NCBI GenBank assembly: GCA_964016885.1
Contig: OZ024741.1
Location: 136,400,001-136,464,000, forward strand
DNA: 64,000 nt
DNA from: Eledone cirrhosa
Lineage: Eukaryota
Direction of reading: 5' to 3'
Shown here one piece after another: positions 13,040 to 27,248 of this stretch. Under the pieces are notes generated by a model, which was not told the DNA's origin, ran no database searches, and was given only the letters and a program-made list of their open reading frames with translations. A program made the position numbers and the translations under genes. Numbering within the stretch: the stretch's first letter is position 1; the number at the start of each line of letters is the position of its first letter.

Positions 13040-13125
<86 letters not shown>

Positions 13126-13241
13126 ATATATATAATATATATATATATAATATATATATATATAATATATATATATAATATATATATATAATATATATAT
13201 ATATAATATATATATATATAATATATATATATATAATATAT

Positions 13242-13273
<32 letters not shown>

Positions 13274-13345
13274 ATATATATATATATAATATATATATAT
13301 ATAATATATATATATATAATATATATATATATATATAATATATAT

Positions 13346-13377
<32 letters not shown>

Positions 13378-13434
13378 ATATATATATATTATATATATAT
13401 ATATATATTATATATATATATATATAATATATAT

Positions 13435-13468
<34 letters not shown>

Positions 13469-13495
13469 ATATATATATATATATATAATATATAT

Positions 13496-13559
<64 letters not shown>

Positions 13560-13560
13560 T

Positions 13561-13594
<34 letters not shown>

Positions 13595-13640
13595 ATATAT
13601 ATATATAATATATATATATAATATATATATATAATATATA

Positions 13641-13917
13641 TGGAAAGTTATATTTAAATTGTTTGGTTACAACTAGTAAATATTTATAACTGATATAAAA
13701 GCACTCGACAAGTATTTGGAGTATATTTACGATATTAAATAAATGGAAACTATATTTATAAAACCATATTTATTTCATTATATATATTTCAGGGATAACA
13801 TATTAACAATATGCTATGCCTTCCTCAGACAAAATACAATATAAACAGTTTTGTAGATAAATAGATTTGAAATAAATATGGTTTTATAAATATAGTTTCC
13901 ATTTATTTAATATCGTA
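13641..13917 (-). mobile_element. solo pLTR of the PLE2 family with a short inverted arm
   Basis: Similar to 41102-41312; 13727-13777 is inverted at 13868-13917; hammerhead on minus at 13773-13834 (CTGAGGA...GAAA-TATATA-TA). Confidence 0.85.
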
Positions 13918-13949
13918 TATAATATATATATATAATATATATATATAAT

Positions 13950-14006
<57 letters not shown>

Positions 14007-14027
14007 TATATAATATATATATATAAT

Positions 14028-14076
<49 letters not shown>

Positions 14077-14905
14077 ATATATTATATATATATATATATT
14101 ATATATATATATATATATATTATATATCATATATATATATATCATATATAGATATATATCATATATATATATATCATATATATCATATATAGATATATAT
14201 CATATATATATATATCATATATATCAAATATATAAGAACCGTAGAACAAATATTTATTAAAATAACAGATTAATGTTTAAGCAAAGAATCGCTACTTTCA
14301 TCCTTAACGGGATCTTCTGAAACTATATATATATATATATCATATATATCATATATATACATCATATATATCATATATATATATCATACATATATATCAT
14401 ATATATATATATATATATATATATCATATATATATCATATATATATATATCATATATATATATCATATATATATATCATATATATATATCATATATATAT
14501 ATATCATATGTATATATCATATACATATATCATATATATCATATATATCATATATATATCATATATATCATATATATCATATATATATCATCTATATATA
14601 TATATATATATCATATATATATATCATATATATATCATCTATATCATATATATATACCATATATATATATATATATATATCATATATATATATATCATAT
14701 ATATGTATAACATTATATATATATATAACATTATATATATATAACATTATATATATATATATATCATATATATATATGTAACATTATATATATATATATA
14801 TATCATATATATATATATATCATATATATATGTATAACAATATATATATATATATATATATATATGTGTATAAAATATATATATATATCATATATATATA
14901 TATAT

Positions 14906-14979
<74 letters not shown>

Positions 14980-14990
14980 TATATATGTAT

Positions 14991-15036
<46 letters not shown>

Positions 15037-15039
<3 letters not shown>

Positions 15040-15427
15040 GGTGGATTGGCCGTATTGGTAGAGTGTCGGATGCCATGCTCTGACGCATAGAGTTACGGCA
15101 CTTGCCATTCTGAGTTCAAATCCCGCCGAGGTTAACTTTGCCTTTCATCTTTCATCTCTAGCCCACTAAATATTAACACTTCGAATATTTAATACTGCCG
15201 GCACTAGTATCGAGCACCTTTGGCATACGCTACTTGGCAAATAACTATATGTATCACCTATCCCCCCTTTTTTTCTCTTTCTCGATACGTAAATACTATA
15301 TATATTATATATATATCATATATATATATAACAATATATATATATATTATATATATATATCATATATATATATAACAATATATATATATATTATATATAT
15401 ATATATTTTATATATATATATATAACA

Positions 15428-15458
<31 letters not shown>

Positions 15459-15584
15459 TATATATATATATATTATATATATATTTTATATATATATATA
15501 ACAATATATATATATTATATATATATATATATAACAATATATATATATATATATTATATATATATATATCATATATATATGTAT

Positions 15585-15627
<43 letters not shown>

Positions 15628-16015
15628 GGTGGATTGGCCGTATTGGTAGAGTGTCGGATGCCATGCTTTGACGCATAGAGTTACGGCACTTGCCATTCTG
15701 AGTTCAAATCCCGCCGAGGTTAACTTTGCCTTTCATCTTTCATCTCTAGCCCACTAAATATTAACACTTCGAATATTTAATACTGCCGGCACTAGTATCG
15801 AGCACCTTTGGCATACGCTACTTGGCAAATAACTATATGTATCACCTATCCCCCCTTTTTTTCTCTTTCTCGATACGTAAATACTATATATATTATATAT
15901 ATATCATATATATATATAACAATATATATATATATTATATATATATATCATATATATATATAACAATATATATATATATTATATATATATATATTTTATA
16001 TATATATATATAACA

Positions 16016-16046
<31 letters not shown>

Positions 16047-16172
16047 TATATATATATATATTATATATATATTTTATATATATATATAACAATATATATA
16101 TATTATATATATATATATATAACAATATATATATATATATATTATATATATATATATCATATATATATGTAT

Positions 16173-16212
<40 letters not shown>
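15037..16212. repeat. 588-bp tandem duplication (truncated SINE A + unique island + TA variants)
   Basis: 15038-15300 recurs at 15626-15888 with one visible substitution; identical ORF translations are 588 bp apart. Confidence 0.9.
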
Positions 16213-16227
<15 letters not shown>

Positions 16228-16246
16228 ATATCATATATATATGTAT

Positions 16247-16289
<43 letters not shown>

Positions 16290-16676
16290 ATATTATATAT
16301 ATATTATATATATATATATATTATATATATATATATATTATATATATATATATTATATATATATATATATTATATATATATATATTATATATATATATAT
16401 TATATATATATATATTATATATATTATATATATATATATATTATATATATATATATTATATATATATATATTATATATATATATATATTATATATATATA
16501 TATTATATATATATATATTATATATATATATATTATATATATATATTATATATATATATATTTATATATATATATATTATATATATATATATATTATATA
16601 TATATATATATTATATATATATATATTTATATATATATTTATATATATATATATTATATATATATTATATATATAT

Positions 16677-16709
<33 letters not shown>

Positions 16710-17141
16710 ATATATATATTATATATATATTATATATATATTATATATATATATATTATATATATATATTATATATATATATATTATATATATATATATA
16801 TTATATATTATATATATATATATTATATATATATATATATTATATATATATATATTATATATATATATATATTATATATATATATTATATATATTATATA
16901 TTATATATATATATATTATATATATATATTATATATATATTATATATATATATTATATATTATATATATATATTATATATATATATATATTATATATATA
17001 TATTATATATATATATTATATATATATATATATTATATATATATATTATATATATATATTATATATATATATTATATATATATATATATTATATATATAT
17101 ATTATATATATATATTATATATATATATTATATATTATATA

Positions 17142-17184
<43 letters not shown>

Positions 17185-17739
17185 TATTTGAAAGGCAAAT
17201 TTGACTTCGATAGGATTTGAACGCAGAGAGCCGGAACGAATATTACAAAGCATTATATCTGACAACTTCTCCACATTAATTGAAATTATAATGTTACAAA
17301 TGTATGTTGATAGAATGTTCAGGCTGCTGCAGTCTGAATGATTTTGTATTACAATGAGAGGGAGGAGGAGATGGTAGGGAAAGAATGATTGAAAGAAAGC
17401 AACTCGTTAAAAATAAAGTAGGTCGAATTTTAAAAAAAAATGAAAAAAAGAAGAGAAGCAAGTTAGAAAGAGACGGCAAGAAAGATGATAGGCAAAGAAA
17501 GAAAGACAACCATATAGACAGATTAGCAATTACATTGACAGACAGATAGCTAGATACATACACACGTATGTATGTATAATGAAAGTAACAATGCTAGAAA
17601 AATAGTGATCGAGAGAAAATGGTAGAATGCAAAATTGTGGGTGGTTGAACACATTTATATATAACAAAGCATGTCCTGTGTCTCTATCGAACAACTTGAA
17701 GAGGATGTCTGTGTGTGTGCTTGTTGATTTTGTTGATCG

Positions 17740-17965
17740 ATCAACCGAATAATTTGCTCATGCAACTAACGGACAGTTGGCTGAGCCTTACACAGGCATA
17801 TGTACCCATATCTTATTTGTCGGGGAGATTTAGCGTGACCCATTTGCAGGTAGAATTTGTTTACAGTTGAACGAACTGGAACAATGTGAAATAATGTGCC
17901 ACCAGGAATCGAACTCACGACCTTACGACCGTGAGTCGTGTAAACCTAACCACTAGATCACATGC
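17740..17965 (-). mobile_element. SINE family B
   Basis: Reverse of GTGGTTAGG..CACGGTCGTAAGGTCGTGAGTTCGATTCCTGG...ATTTCACATTGTTCCAG. Confidence 0.7.
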
Positions 17966-18330
17966 TTTAACTCGGAGATGTTATAATCTAGAGTGTTATA
18001 GCCACAGCCATTTTGGTTAATTTACTTGAATGAAGCTCATTGCTCATATCACCTCACACCGAACTCACGCTCTCTCACTCTTTTCCACACCACTTCATTC
18101 TATTTCTCTTTTGCATGACTCAACAGCAGAAGATGAAATAGAAGAGAAGCTAAGAGATTAATAGTTGTTTTATCTAATCACTCGAATCGCTCAAGACGAT
18201 ATCGAAACCGTTCTTCCGAAACTCTTCTTTGACAACTATCCATTTCTTTCCGGTATGAACTTAAAGGAGAACGAATCATCCTTGACTGGCCTAGATTTAA
18301 TGAAAAGAAAAAGAAGCATATATATATATA

Positions 18331-18407
<77 letters not shown>

Positions 18408-18839
18408 TTAAAAAATAAACAAGGAAAAGAAAGTAGGTTATTTATTTCTTCTAACTCCTGCTGTTCGTATTTAAGATTTTTATTTTTTACGAGATCTTTC
18501 AAATCACTTATTACTTCCCATGATTACAAAGCGTGACGTATCTTGTACAGTACAAGCCAGGAAATTTACTTCATATAAAGATGACTCAACAGCTAATTAA
18601 TGTAAGTTAGTTATTTTATTTTATTTTTGATATTTAGTATACATTACTGTTTATGTATGTATTGACACGGAGCTTTCGATGACATATTGACATACGGCGT
18701 TCCTAGGGTATTTTGTAAATCTGTCGGAGTCCATTTCCTCGCCATGTCTGAATACAACATATTTCTTCCAGAGAGAGAGATAGAGAGTGAGAGAATTAAA
18801 GCGAGAAAGCGATATAGCGGAAGAATCGGTCTCAGTATA

Positions 18840-18950
18840 GGAGTGGTACATTCTCATCTACCTCGGATGGATGAAAACAAAGTTGACCTCGATGGGATTT
18901 GAAGTCAGAGAGAGGAGAGTGAATATCGCAAAGTATTCTATCCGACGTAC
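18840..18950 (-). mobile_element. SINE family A, diverged
   Basis: GGATGAAAACAAAGTTGACCTCGATGGGATTTGAA. Confidence 0.6.
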
Positions 18951-19677
18951 AAATTGCCGACCTATATTTATTTTGTTTTGATCTAAAATGAAATACTAAT
19001 CAGTAATTTATCTTGTTTTCATATTAATAGGAAAACATTTAAAAGAAATTCGTGGGTTATCTTGTTTTCATTAATGTGAATTATTGAAAAAACATTTAAC
19101 ATTTTATCTCCTTTCGATTAATAAGAAATATTTAAAAACAAATTAGTCGGTTGATAAATATGAATCACTTAGTTCTCAAACTTCATATTTACTTACATCA
19201 GGTAGGAATATATTTATATATATATATATATATATATATTATTTAATACACGTAAGCCCTACGGTGAAGCTTGAACCATTTTGTTTGTTGATTGAAAACA
19301 TTCGACCATCGAAAAGGTGTCAGCATAACCATAGGATTTTTTATGTGTGTATTTTTGAATGTAAAATACATCTATATATTACTAAAAGTCTGTGATTGCT
19401 TTCTTGTCTCTAATGTAATACGACCAAAAGGGCGCATAACTTTGAAAGGAGGTTGTCACTTAAATGGGAATACAAATGGAATGAAACAAGTTTCGTGTAA
19501 ATCGAAGCACGGGTTCCTGAGATACGGTGTTTTTCCGTGTACTTTCATAAACAGAGAGAGAGAGAAGGATAGAGAGAAAGTGATAGTGGTTGTGAGACAG
19601 TAGATTGAAAGAGAGGCATAGAGAGAGGGAGAGGAGACAGAGAAGGAGAATGGAAGAGAGAGAGCTGGTTGTGTTGT

Positions 19678-19754
<77 letters not shown>

Positions 19755-19896
19755 CTATGAGGAGTGTATATAGATCACAGACACCCACATATATATATAC
19801 ATATACACACATACATATATATATGTTCACACATACACACATGTATAAATATTTCGTATCTCCAAAGAAATACGGTTTTAGGAAGCCGTAGCTACG

Positions 19897-19943
<47 letters not shown>

Positions 19944-21268
19944 CCTTCCAGTTTCATTTCACATTATATACATGTCTGTGTATATTTTAGTTATTTAAAA
20001 ATTATTTTTAAGTAAACTTGATTTTTAAAAACATATTTTGAAGTGAAAGTAACCCAACGGGTGTTCTAGTATTATATAAAGAGAGGGAGACAGGTAGAAC
20101 ACCGCCGTTGACTGTAAATATTTTAGAAGAACATGTGCCCCATATTCTTTCCCTCAAGAGGTTTTTTTTTTTCGACTTTAAGTTGTGTCATGAATTGTAG
20201 TGGAAATTTTAAACAGACTATAACGTTCGTATGTCAGGCGGACAGAAAGACAAGTAAAATTATCATTATGGATGTTAATATATGTAAAATAAAAGTGTAA
20301 TTGTTTATCTTAATGTTTGTTCTACGTTGCTGAATGTTTAAGATGTTTTCTTGGCAATAGGTAGCTCCTGCTTCAATTCTATTTACCATGCATTGTTTGG
20401 ACCTACGTTATGTGTGTAAAACTGAGTAAACAGAAACAGTGTAGGATTCCGTCAAAATAGTGTACCTGTAATTCAAAAGTCAGTCTCACCATATACTCTG
20501 GCACACACGTGGTTGTGAAATACTCAGCTGAGATGTTAATTTCATGAGCATATGTATAGTTCCTCGAATAACTAGAATACTGATGTTGAAAATCGATAGA
20601 GGTACATTTCTTCATCATAGTTTGAATTTTATAATTGTTTGTTTATTGCAGATATAAGAATAATCGTAAGTGTCACAATATATTTGGGACTTAAATCCTA
20701 GGTTATTTGGATTAAGAATGTTATATAATAGACGAAAATTTGATAACACATGAAACTTCTAGCTGCTTTGAGGCTTCCCTTGTTTTCTATTTTTTCTATT
20801 TATCTTTTATATGCTTCTCGTTGGCCTTCCCTATTTTTTTTATTTTTATATTCACTTATCTCTATGTATTGTTTTTCTTTTCTTAACTGCAAAAAGTTTA
20901 GATATTTCCCCAGCTCTATATGGACGTTTATATTGATTAAATAAAGCGTGGAATAAGCATAAAATTATTATGAAAAATAATTAACACAGGATAAATTATA
21001 CCAGTACTTTATAGTTCTTATATTTTATAAATATGGGAATTAATAAAAGCAAACTAAAATGTTAGGTATAATATGGTGTAAAAAAGCTTCAATTTTGAAT
21101 ATTTAAAGTTCACTTTAAACAAATCTCTCATTTTAGTGTTTAAAACATTATAATCTTAATTCCTTTCTCAATCAATAACTAATGAGATCTGCGTAAAAGA
21201 AATTAGAAGAATTACTTGTAAGTTGAATTAAGGAAACACGATTTGAAAGCAAGAAATGAAGTTGAGAA

Positions 21269-21394
21269 GATCTCATTAAATGATAGAATAGCTGCCACAA
21301 ACTTTAAGGAAATAACATTGATGATAGCATGATCTCATTAAATGATAGAATAGCTGCCACAAACTTTAAGGAAATAACATTGATGATAGCATGA
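21269..21394. repeat. perfect ~63-bp tandem duplication
   Basis: GATCTCATTAAATGATAGAATAGCTGCCACAAACTTTAAGGAAATAACATTGATGATAGCATGA occurs twice. Confidence 0.9.
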
Positions 21395-21519
21395 AATGTC
21401 TAATTAAGGATTGAAAATAATGGAAATTATTGATGTTGATTTCTAATGGAATCGATCAAGATCTTAACATAAGGAGGACTAGCGTTAGAAACAGATTCAC
21501 TATATATTGAACATTATTC

Positions 21520-21900
21520 TCCTCATCATCATCATTATCATCATCATTTAACGGCCGGTTCCCTATTCTGGTATGGGTTGGACAAGTCGTCATAAACCAA
21601 GTGACCATTTAATCGGGGTATCTTTTCCGGACAGGCTGGGGATTAACATTTCGTTTACATAAAGTCCGGTGTAGACATGGCTTCTGCAACTGGTTGTGTT
21701 TCTTATTATCAACCGCTTTCAGTGTGTAGTCGATGCATTTTAACGTGGCAACGGCACTAGGGAGGTTTTCTTGTCCTTGACACGACTTAAGAGTATTTCA
21801 ACCATTTGTTTTGATATGGTTTCTACAACTGGGTGTTTTCGATCACTCCAGCACCTTTACAGTGTGTACAAGCACCAATACTAATGAGTTTGCCATGTCC
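21520..21900 (-). mobile_element. retroposon fragment with an (ATG)n tail
   Basis: Reverse of ...CCAACCCATACCAG...CGTTAAATGATGATG; related ends at 56270-57085 and 57120-57170. Confidence 0.5.
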
Positions 21901-22074
21901 TTCACACAAATGAATATTGAGCAGCCATGCACAATAGACCCTTTGATAGATTTATAGAATATTGAGTTAAGTTTTTATTCGTTTTCAATATTATTCATTG
22001 AGAGTCAAAGAAATTATATCTCGTGATCGACCCACTGAATGACATCTCAGGTTGACCTTAGCTTGTCAATGAAA

Positions 22075-22410
22075 TTGTATCGAGGGACGTTGTTTGAAGC
22101 CCGTCGAATGGACCCTGTTATAATTCGAAGGACCAGCTTTGCCACACATTATTCCATTCTGTATCTCCCAGTGATTTACGTTAAGTGTACGCCTGTCTGT
22201 AGAATGCTCAGCCACTTACCTCATTGGATGCACTGAAACTAATTTAATGAACTTAACTTGTCACACCTTGTCACGCTGAATAACCCCGAGAATTGCTTTA
22301 TGGGTACACACGTCTGTGGAATGTTCAGCCACTTCGACGTTAATTCCATGAGCAGGCTGTTTGGTTTATCGAACATCGAGAAAACTCTTCGTCTAAACCG
22401 ATGGAGCTCC
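22075..22410 (+). mobile_element. SINE family B body, partly duplicated
   Basis: GTCTGT(A/G)GAATG(C/T)TCAGCCACTT occurs twice; same motif at 57940 and 59980. Confidence 0.55.
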
Positions 22411-24416
22411 ATTCCATTCCATTCCATTCTCTTGTGTATTCAGGATTGAGATCACAAGTTATTATCTAAACAATACCCGCTGATTTAATAACACCTTCTT
22501 GTACCTACCCAAATGTTGTAACTAAACGAATGTCTACAAAATAGTGTATTGATTTATACAATAAACACAAAGCCACACATTTTAGGAAAGGTGTATAAAC
22601 AATCGATCTTATCGAAACCAATATTTCAATAGCAATTATTTCAGCAATCCTGAAATGAAAGGCGGATTTGACATGGGCGAGATTTGTACTTAAATCACAA
22701 AGGAGTATAGCTAAATATCTTAAGGCGTATCTATTGCACTTTAGTTGAACTGTTATAAACTTTCTCTGTTGAAACTCTTATGCTGTTAGCTATGTGTTAA
22801 CACATTTCTGACTGCATTTCAATTAATTAATGACGAAATCTTTGGGGTGTGGACGGTCTAAATTATTTCATTATTAAGATTGAAACATATCATATCATTG
22901 CCATATAAAGTTATTTTGGAAGATTTCAATTTAAATAGGAACCCTTTAAAATAAGTAATTGATATTTTCATAGAACTAGTTTTTATGAAAATGATAACTT
23001 CTGAAATATAGGAAAGCTGTCACAAACTCTCGTATCCTATAATTTATGAATCTTAATATTAACTACATACATAACAGGATAAAACATTATCTCTATTTTT
23101 GGTTTAAATTAAATATCCCTGGTTAATCTGAAGAGAACTAATAGCATCATTGATATGGACTCACAGATTACACAATCGTTCTCTTGGCAGAAAGTGTTTT
23201 ATTGCTAGAAACATGTTCATATTTTCTTGAACACGCCGCTCTTCTGAAATTTAATTATTGAATTATGAGTAACTGCATTTCTAAGGCGGGCGATTTGGTA
23301 AAGTGATTACATATTTCTGCGTTTTGAGTTTAAATCCTACCTAGTTCTACGATAAAAATACCGAACCAGTGTTTGTACCGTTCTCTTTCCGTCAATTTGT
23401 CACATTCTGGACATTCTGCTGGATCAACAGACGGAGGTTCGAGTGGGAGTCTCCCTCCTCGGGACTGCATGGACAACTCAAACACTTAACGAAAACATGG
23501 TGCATACTACCAAATCATACTCGACTGCAGGTGAGGGATCTAGGAGTATTTCTACCGAATTTCGAAATAGACAGTAGTTGGAGTAGTAGTAATATACTGG
23601 AGTACATATTTGAGCATTTGTATCACTTAGTCATGTGAAAGGGCAGCGCCTATTAACCTTTATTTCATTCAGACCCTCCGAAATGTTTGGAATGGAAGGA
23701 AATAAAGTCATCCCTATATTAGATCTTCTGTTCAAAACGCATGCATCAGAATAGGCTCCGTTAAAAGCATCCACGTGCACGGTGGCTGTGTTAAATCTGG
23801 TGACAGATAAGTTTACCACTCAGGTGAGTCATATTGTAATTTGAATTCAGAACAAGAGCTGAAACAAATATGACAATTCGTCCCAGTTCAAGGCCCAAGA
23901 ATGTTACTTTATTTACCATCGCCGGAAGCGCGAAAGGTAAAGTTCGGTTGGTTTAGTTTCATCTTCCTGGGTTCTAATACTATCGAAGTAACAATTTTTT
24001 CTGTATACTAGATCGATAAGATACATACAAGATATGAACGTGGGTCGAATTAGTCGACTATAATCCCACATCTTGCAATTGTGTGACATTGAACCAACGT
24101 AGGAAATCAATATAGAAGGCAGTCAGTTTGTTTCAGCTAAATATAGAGTAGCTAATTAAAGCTCTGTCCATGTGAAGATGTTATATCAAAATTTGTAAAT
24201 TTCTAATGACCTACTGTAAGGCTATTGAAAAGGTTCTCTATTGCCTACTTGTTCTCAATAAGTAGAATATTTACCGACTATCATAGCCGATGGTTTACAC
24301 CATTTTCTCTGTATTGGTCTGAGTAATTAATTCTATGTATTTTCTTGTCAATTTACTTTCAACAACATTAATATATTCTGTTTTAGTTTAATTCAACTTC
24401 AACTGTTACTATGTAA

Positions 24417-24552
24417 GGCGGCAAATTGAAAGATTCGATAGAATAACGGATAGAATATGCTTCGCGGTATTCGTTTCAGACCTCAGGGCACTCAGTCCAA
24501 ATCCCGCCGATGTCAATTTTCCCTTTCGTCCTTTCGAGATCAATAAAGTACC
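24417..24552 (+). mobile_element. SINE family A-related, diverged
   Basis: CAAATCCCGCCGATGTCAATTTTCCCTTTCGTCCTTTCGAGATCAATAAAGTACC. Confidence 0.65.
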
Positions 24553-25409
24553 TCTATATCTCCCTCTCACTCTATCTCCTCCTCCGTCTCTCACTCTAAC
24601 TGGAAGTAATCGGTTGAGATCAGACCTGAAGAGGGAAGGGATCCGCAATGTTTAAAATGTCCAAGCCATGCTGTGTATCATGACGGTGTGCTTGTCATTC
24701 CACCAGGATTTTAGGACTCAATTATTATAATGAATCAATTATACATTCTTAATATATTATTGTTTAATCGTGAATACCTACCAATGAAATCTTTTACCAC
24801 TCCTGTAAATATGACATTGCATACATAGAAAAAGATTTTCCCTGTGTGTGTGAAAGTGAGTAAAAGCGACCATTTGCAGACCGTAAGAGTTAATGGCGAT
24901 TAGACGAAGAGGACGAACGGAAACCACTGAGTGAGGTTATTGGTTTTTAAAACTAATTAGACCTATCGAACGCCATTACAGAATTTTAAAGAACAATGAT
25001 AAAATATATTTAAAAACATTTATATTATTAAGACCATGTATGACTTCAATATTAGTTCATTATCATTCCATGTTTTTAATACATTTGTGAACGTGTTTGA
25101 TATGTTAAAAAAGCATAGTCTATTATTTCTTCCATCTGCGATATGACATATAATTATGAACTGCACGAATTTAAAATTGAAGGTTATACAGAAGAAAGAC
25201 ATGTGAGATAATTGTATCTAACCTTTACATTAGAAAGTATGTATTTTTTTCCAAATCATTTAAAGGCAAAAATATTAATATTTCAATCTTAAATTCTATA
25301 TCTAGACTTTTCGGTTTTTATCAGGACTTTGAGTTATACTAAAACGATAACAACGCTATTTTTTCTAAGCATTTGATTGATTGATAGATTTTTTTTTCTT
25401 CATTTTCAG

Positions 25410-25520
25410 GCCAAAAATAAAATAATCATGCTGAAAGTATTAAAGGAACTTCGGGGGAAAAGTGCATTTAGGCCTATATCGGAGGAAGCAGCCAAACTGA
25501 GAGCTGCCCGGGACCGACGG
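25410..25520 (+). CDS. candidate internal coding exon of an unidentified host gene
   Basis: Strong acceptor (T)nCTTCATTTTCAG and donor GTGAGC; 111 nt open in phase 0: AKNKIIMLKVLKELRGKSAFRPISEEAAKLRAARDRR; locally GC-richer. Confidence 0.45.
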
Positions 25521-26083
25521 GTGAGCAATGTTTCATTATATTTTTTATAAATTTTATTTTGTGGCTGTTTGTTACTTCTCTTTAGTCCCCAGCGTAGATC
25601 CTGAGAGAGCAGACATATCACCAAACAGGTTCCAGTTATGACAAGCCCATCTCATTTTTTTCAGGTATAATGTACCACATGTTTTTTCTCCACTGACATT
25701 CATTTGTGTGGTTTTCAGATTTAGTCAATATGTTAAGTAGGACGAACGACCACGTTGAGGCTACTCCATTGACATATTAAATCTGATAACTGCTTGAGTT
25801 CATCTAATGTGGTAAGGGTGTTACTTTGTAAGAACTTAAAACTACGAATTAGTTTTCACTACGAATTAGATTTCACTGTCTAGTGCTTCCGCAAATTTAT
25901 ATTATCCTTTTAATAAAAATGGTGTATATGCGAGAACAGTAAAGTACTAGGGAGCCCCAAAATAGACATATGCCTGCTGGCCTCTCACACTGAAAAGCAC
26001 TAAACAAAAAAGATGTGACAGTTGAAATGTTACATGAGATATCAGAATGTAGCAAATGTGTGAATGTGTACCTGTGTGCATTA

Positions 26084-26168
26084 ATTCAAATCCCGCCGGG
26101 GTCGATAAAATAAAGTACCAGTAATGCACTGGATATTTGCTGACTTTGTGCCTAAAGTAGAAACAATT
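26084..26168 (+). mobile_element. SINE family A fragment
   Basis: TTCAAATCCCGCCGGGGTCGATAAAATAAAGTACCAGTAATGCACTGG. Confidence 0.8.
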
Positions 26169-26297
26169 AAATTAGGAAAAGTAAATACGAGCACTTAAAC
26201 ACTCAAAAACACAAATTTAGTAACGTTAAACACTCAAACACTGCTGCATACATGACGAGATTCCAAACAGAGGAGCCTAACTAGATAACCACACCTG

Positions 26298-26356
<59 letters not shown>

Positions 26357-27014
26357 TAGCGTAGTGGTGGTTTCCAAGTAGTATGGATATATATATATAT
26401 ATATATTGTATGCCTACCTTTACACCTGAGAAATATATTTATATATACACGGATACGTAGTCTATAACTATATGATAAACATATCTTTATGTACACGTGT
26501 ATAAAATAAGCATATATAATAAACATATCTTATGAAGAAGCTTTTTGATGTAGAAAACATTTTGAACAAAAGACAACAAACGTAATTCATAACAGGATGT
26601 AATTCAATTAAGTAACGTTGAATATTAATAACGCTATAGGCAAACAGATATTATCTGCGACATAATTTGTATTTATGGCTAGAAACAATATTTATGTAAT
26701 ATATTTATAATAAAATCTTACGTAAACAATATTAAATCATTACTAACGATAATTTGACAAAAGAACGCCAGGCAATGAAATATTTGACGCTGAATATGCA
26801 CTTCGTAATATCTGCCAACACCCAATTTGCTAAGCGGTACACATTACACATTCTAAAAAAAAAACACTTGATCACTATGAAAATGAGTTTAAAAATTTCA
26901 CATAAAATATTACTTTTATATACTCCTTTGTAAAACTTACTGCACACAATTATACACACACATACACACATACACCCACATTCAGGTGTTTCCACACACA
27001 CACACACACACTTA

Positions 27015-27046
<32 letters not shown>

Positions 27047-27107
27047 CATGCCTGTAGATACATGTGGTCATACATACATATACACATATATATACACACA
27101 CACATAC

Positions 27108-27248
27108 ATATATTATATATACATGAAATATACATGCTTTTTGGATCCTACACACACATATATTATATATACATGAAATATACATGCTTTTTGGATCCTA
27201 CACATACGTATTATATATACATGAAATATACATGCGTTTTGGATCCTA
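27108..27248. repeat. minisatellite, about 3 x 50 bp
   Basis: TATTATATATACATGAAATATACATGCTTTTTGGATCCTA occurs three times. Confidence 0.85.

Larger units (their letters stand above)
11283..17187. repeat. complex (TA)n array with embedded islands
   Basis: Directly visible; variants TAACAT, ATCATA, ATAATA, ATTATA occur in blocks. Confidence 0.95.

Noticed and set aside
14234-14325. Minus-strand CAGAAGA-TCC..GGA-T-GAAA island in (TA)n
   Set aside because: No helix I or palindromic helix III; possibly a relic but not supportable.
23369-23638. VRDLGV motif suggesting a LINE RT
   Set aside because: A single short motif without flanking RT similarity.
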